64,000 nucleotides of DNA from an uncultured Acidimicrobiaceae bacterium (GTDB lineage: Bacteria; Actinomycetota; Acidimicrobiia; Acidimicrobiales; RAAP-2), in contig CAVWNV010000007.1 of assembly GCA_963756515.1 (NCBI GenBank), positions 27,108 to 91,107 of the forward strand, in the 5' to 3' direction. The notes below the pieces were generated by a model. It ran no database searches, was not told where the DNA came from, and saw only the letters and a program-made list of their open reading frames with translations. A program made the position numbers and the translations under genes. Shown in pieces: positions 62,641 through 64,000 of the stretch. How positions within the stretch are numbered: the stretch's first letter is position 1; each line of letters opens with the position of its first letter.

Positions 62641-64000
62641 TCAGCTCTCGAACCCGTAGACGCCCTGGGCGTACTCGTCCACCTTGGACTCGGGCAGCCG
62701 AAGGCGGATGGCGGTGTAGTAGATCACGAGACTGAAGGCGGCCACCGCCACCATGTCCCAGTAGAAGGGGATGGTCTCCCGGCCACCGCCGAACTGACCC
62801 AGGAACGAGAGCAGGGTCAGACCGGCCAGGTAGGGCCACAACCAGATGGCCGCCGACCAGTCCAGGGGCGAGTGGACCGGATTGGCGTTGGTGACCCGCG
62901 AGATCCACATGAGGACGTAGCCCAGCACGACTGCCACCATCAACTTCCAGTCGACCTCCCAGCCGCTCCAGTAGATGATCAGGCTGGCCGACACGAACGA
63001 GGCCGGCGCCAGGACCGGGGCCCAGGGCAGTCGGTAGGGCCGTTCGGCGTGGGGCTTCTGGTGCCGGAGGGCGCCCAGGGCCAACGGGGCTCCCGCGTAC
63101 ATGAGGACCGTGGCCGAGGTGATGAACCCGACCAGCTTCTGCCATCCGGGGAAGGGCAGGAACAGCAGCATGCCCATCAAGAAGGCGAAGATGAGCCCGA
63201 AGACGGGGACGTTCGACTTCTTGGTCGTCTTCTCGAACAGGGCCGGCACGTGTCCGTTCTTGCTCATGCCGAAGGTGATCCGGCTGGTGGTGGTGGTGTA
63301 GATGAGTCCCGAACCGGTGGGGGCGATGATGGCGTCGGCGTAGAGGATGTAGGCCAACCAGCCCAGGCCCAGACCCTTGGCCAGACCGGCGAACGGACCG
63401 AAGATGCCCTCGAAGGAGATGTTGGCCCACCCGTGGGCCAGGGCCTGATGGGGGAGGGCGCCGATGAACACCACCTGCAACAGGATGTAGATGGTGGCCC
63501 CGATGAGCATCGAGAAGATCACGGCCCGGGGCATGTCCCGCTGGGGGTTCCTGCTCTCTCCGCCCAGCTGCACGGCCTGCTCGAACCCGACCAGGGCGAA
63601 GACGGCCCCGCCGTCGCTCACGGCCCGGAGCACACCGTGCAGGCCGAAGGGGGCGAAGCCGCCGGCGGCGGTGAAGTTGGACGTGTCGAAGCGGGTGAAG
63701 AAGAGGACGACGATGGTCAGGGTCGGGATGAGCACCTTCCATGTGGTGATGGCGTTGTTGGCCCGGACCAGGTAGCGGATGCCGAACAGGTTGACGGCTA
63801 CGAAGAGCGCCATCAACACCGTGGCCACCAGGTAGCCCAGACCGGTCAGGACCACGGTGCCGTTGACCGAGTGGGTCAGTCCGTGCCAGTAGTTCGAGGT
63901 GTACGTGATGGCCGCCTCCACCTCGATGGGCGCGGTGCCCACCGCCTGCAGCCACGAGAACCACCCGAACGATGCGCCGGCCAATCCGCCGAACGCGTAG
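62641..64000 (-). CDS. APC-family amino acid permease (5' end beyond window)
   Basis: Polytopic hydrophobic ORF. The frame stays open past 63984 to the window edge (...YAFGGLAGASFGWFSWLQ...), so the gene is partial. Confidence 0.85.
   Translation of the reverse strand, partial: YAFGGLAGASFGWFSWLQAVGTAPIEVEAAITYTSNYWHGLTHSVNGTVVLTGLGYLVATVLMALFVAVNLFGIRYLVRANNAITTWKVLIPTLTIVVLFFTRFDTSNFTAAGGFAPFGLHGVLRAVSDGGAVFALVGFEQAVQLGGESRNPQRDMPRAVIFSMLIGATIYILLQVVFIGALPHQALAHGWANISFEGIFGPFAGLAKGLGLGWLAYILYADAIIAPTGSGLIYTTTTSRITFGMSKNGHVPALFEKTTKKSNVPVFGLIFAFLMGMLLFLPFPGWQKLVGFITSATVLMYAGAPLALGALRHQKPHAERPYRLPWAPVLAPASFVSASLIIYWSGWEVDWKLMVAVVLGYVLMWISRVTNANPVHSPLDWSAAIWLWPYLAGLTLLSFLGQFGGGRETIPFYWDMVAVAAFSLVIYYTAIRLRLPESKVDEYAQGVYGFES

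Noticed and set aside
1-64000. Search for mobile elements, prophage or defence-system genes (integrase, transposase, nucleases, toxin-antitoxin, restriction-modification) and for rRNA or tRNA genes.
   Set aside because: None of the translated ORFs shows the corresponding motifs, and no terminal inverted repeats or att-like duplications were noticed. The window appears to be ordinary chromosomal accessory metabolism.

Overview
Very GC-rich, densely coding chromosomal segment. Gene content and codon style look Actinomycetota-like, but this is inferred without any database search. I can support about 56 protein-coding genes, three of which look frame-disrupted. I found no rRNA, tRNA, CRISPR array, transposase, integrase or phage genes.

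Functional blocks, left to right:
1. A methyltransferase, a thioesterase, a GH5 enzyme and a Rieske oxygenase.
2. A MarR-controlled DHA2 efflux pump.
3. Envelope and glycan enzymes: GT87-like, GT4, a Tat-exported GH27-like enzyme with a CBM, a six-hairpin-like secreted protein and GT39.
4. A DrrAB-like ABC exporter with TetR, followed by an MFS-TetR operon.
5. An oxygenase- and hydrolase-rich accessory region with three PhyH-like dioxygenases, cupins, three paralogous amidohydrolase-2 genes, a D-aminoacylase, an acetoacetate-decarboxylase-like protein and SDRs.
6. A tightly coupled 8-gene minus-strand operon (59476 to 50927). It combines a free-standing lipoyl domain, a SnoaL-like protein, a Rieske oxygenase, a KstD-like flavoprotein, TPP-dependent E1 alpha/beta, a kinase-like protein and an acyl-CoA ligase. 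No E2 core or E3 is present in the window. This is my best candidate for an undescribed system.
7. A ppk2-adk pair, then a partial APC permease at the right edge.

Other notable points:
- Four reading-frame breaks are all single extra bases, and three of them sit at TC[G]A.
- Several clean operator-like palindromes lie in divergent promoter regions.
- A 650-bp gap has no convincing gene.

Limits: all calls rest on motif recognition in the supplied translations. Start codons are inferred, and the ORF track uses ATG, GTG and TTG starts. Coordinates of non-coding features were anchored on ORF frames.
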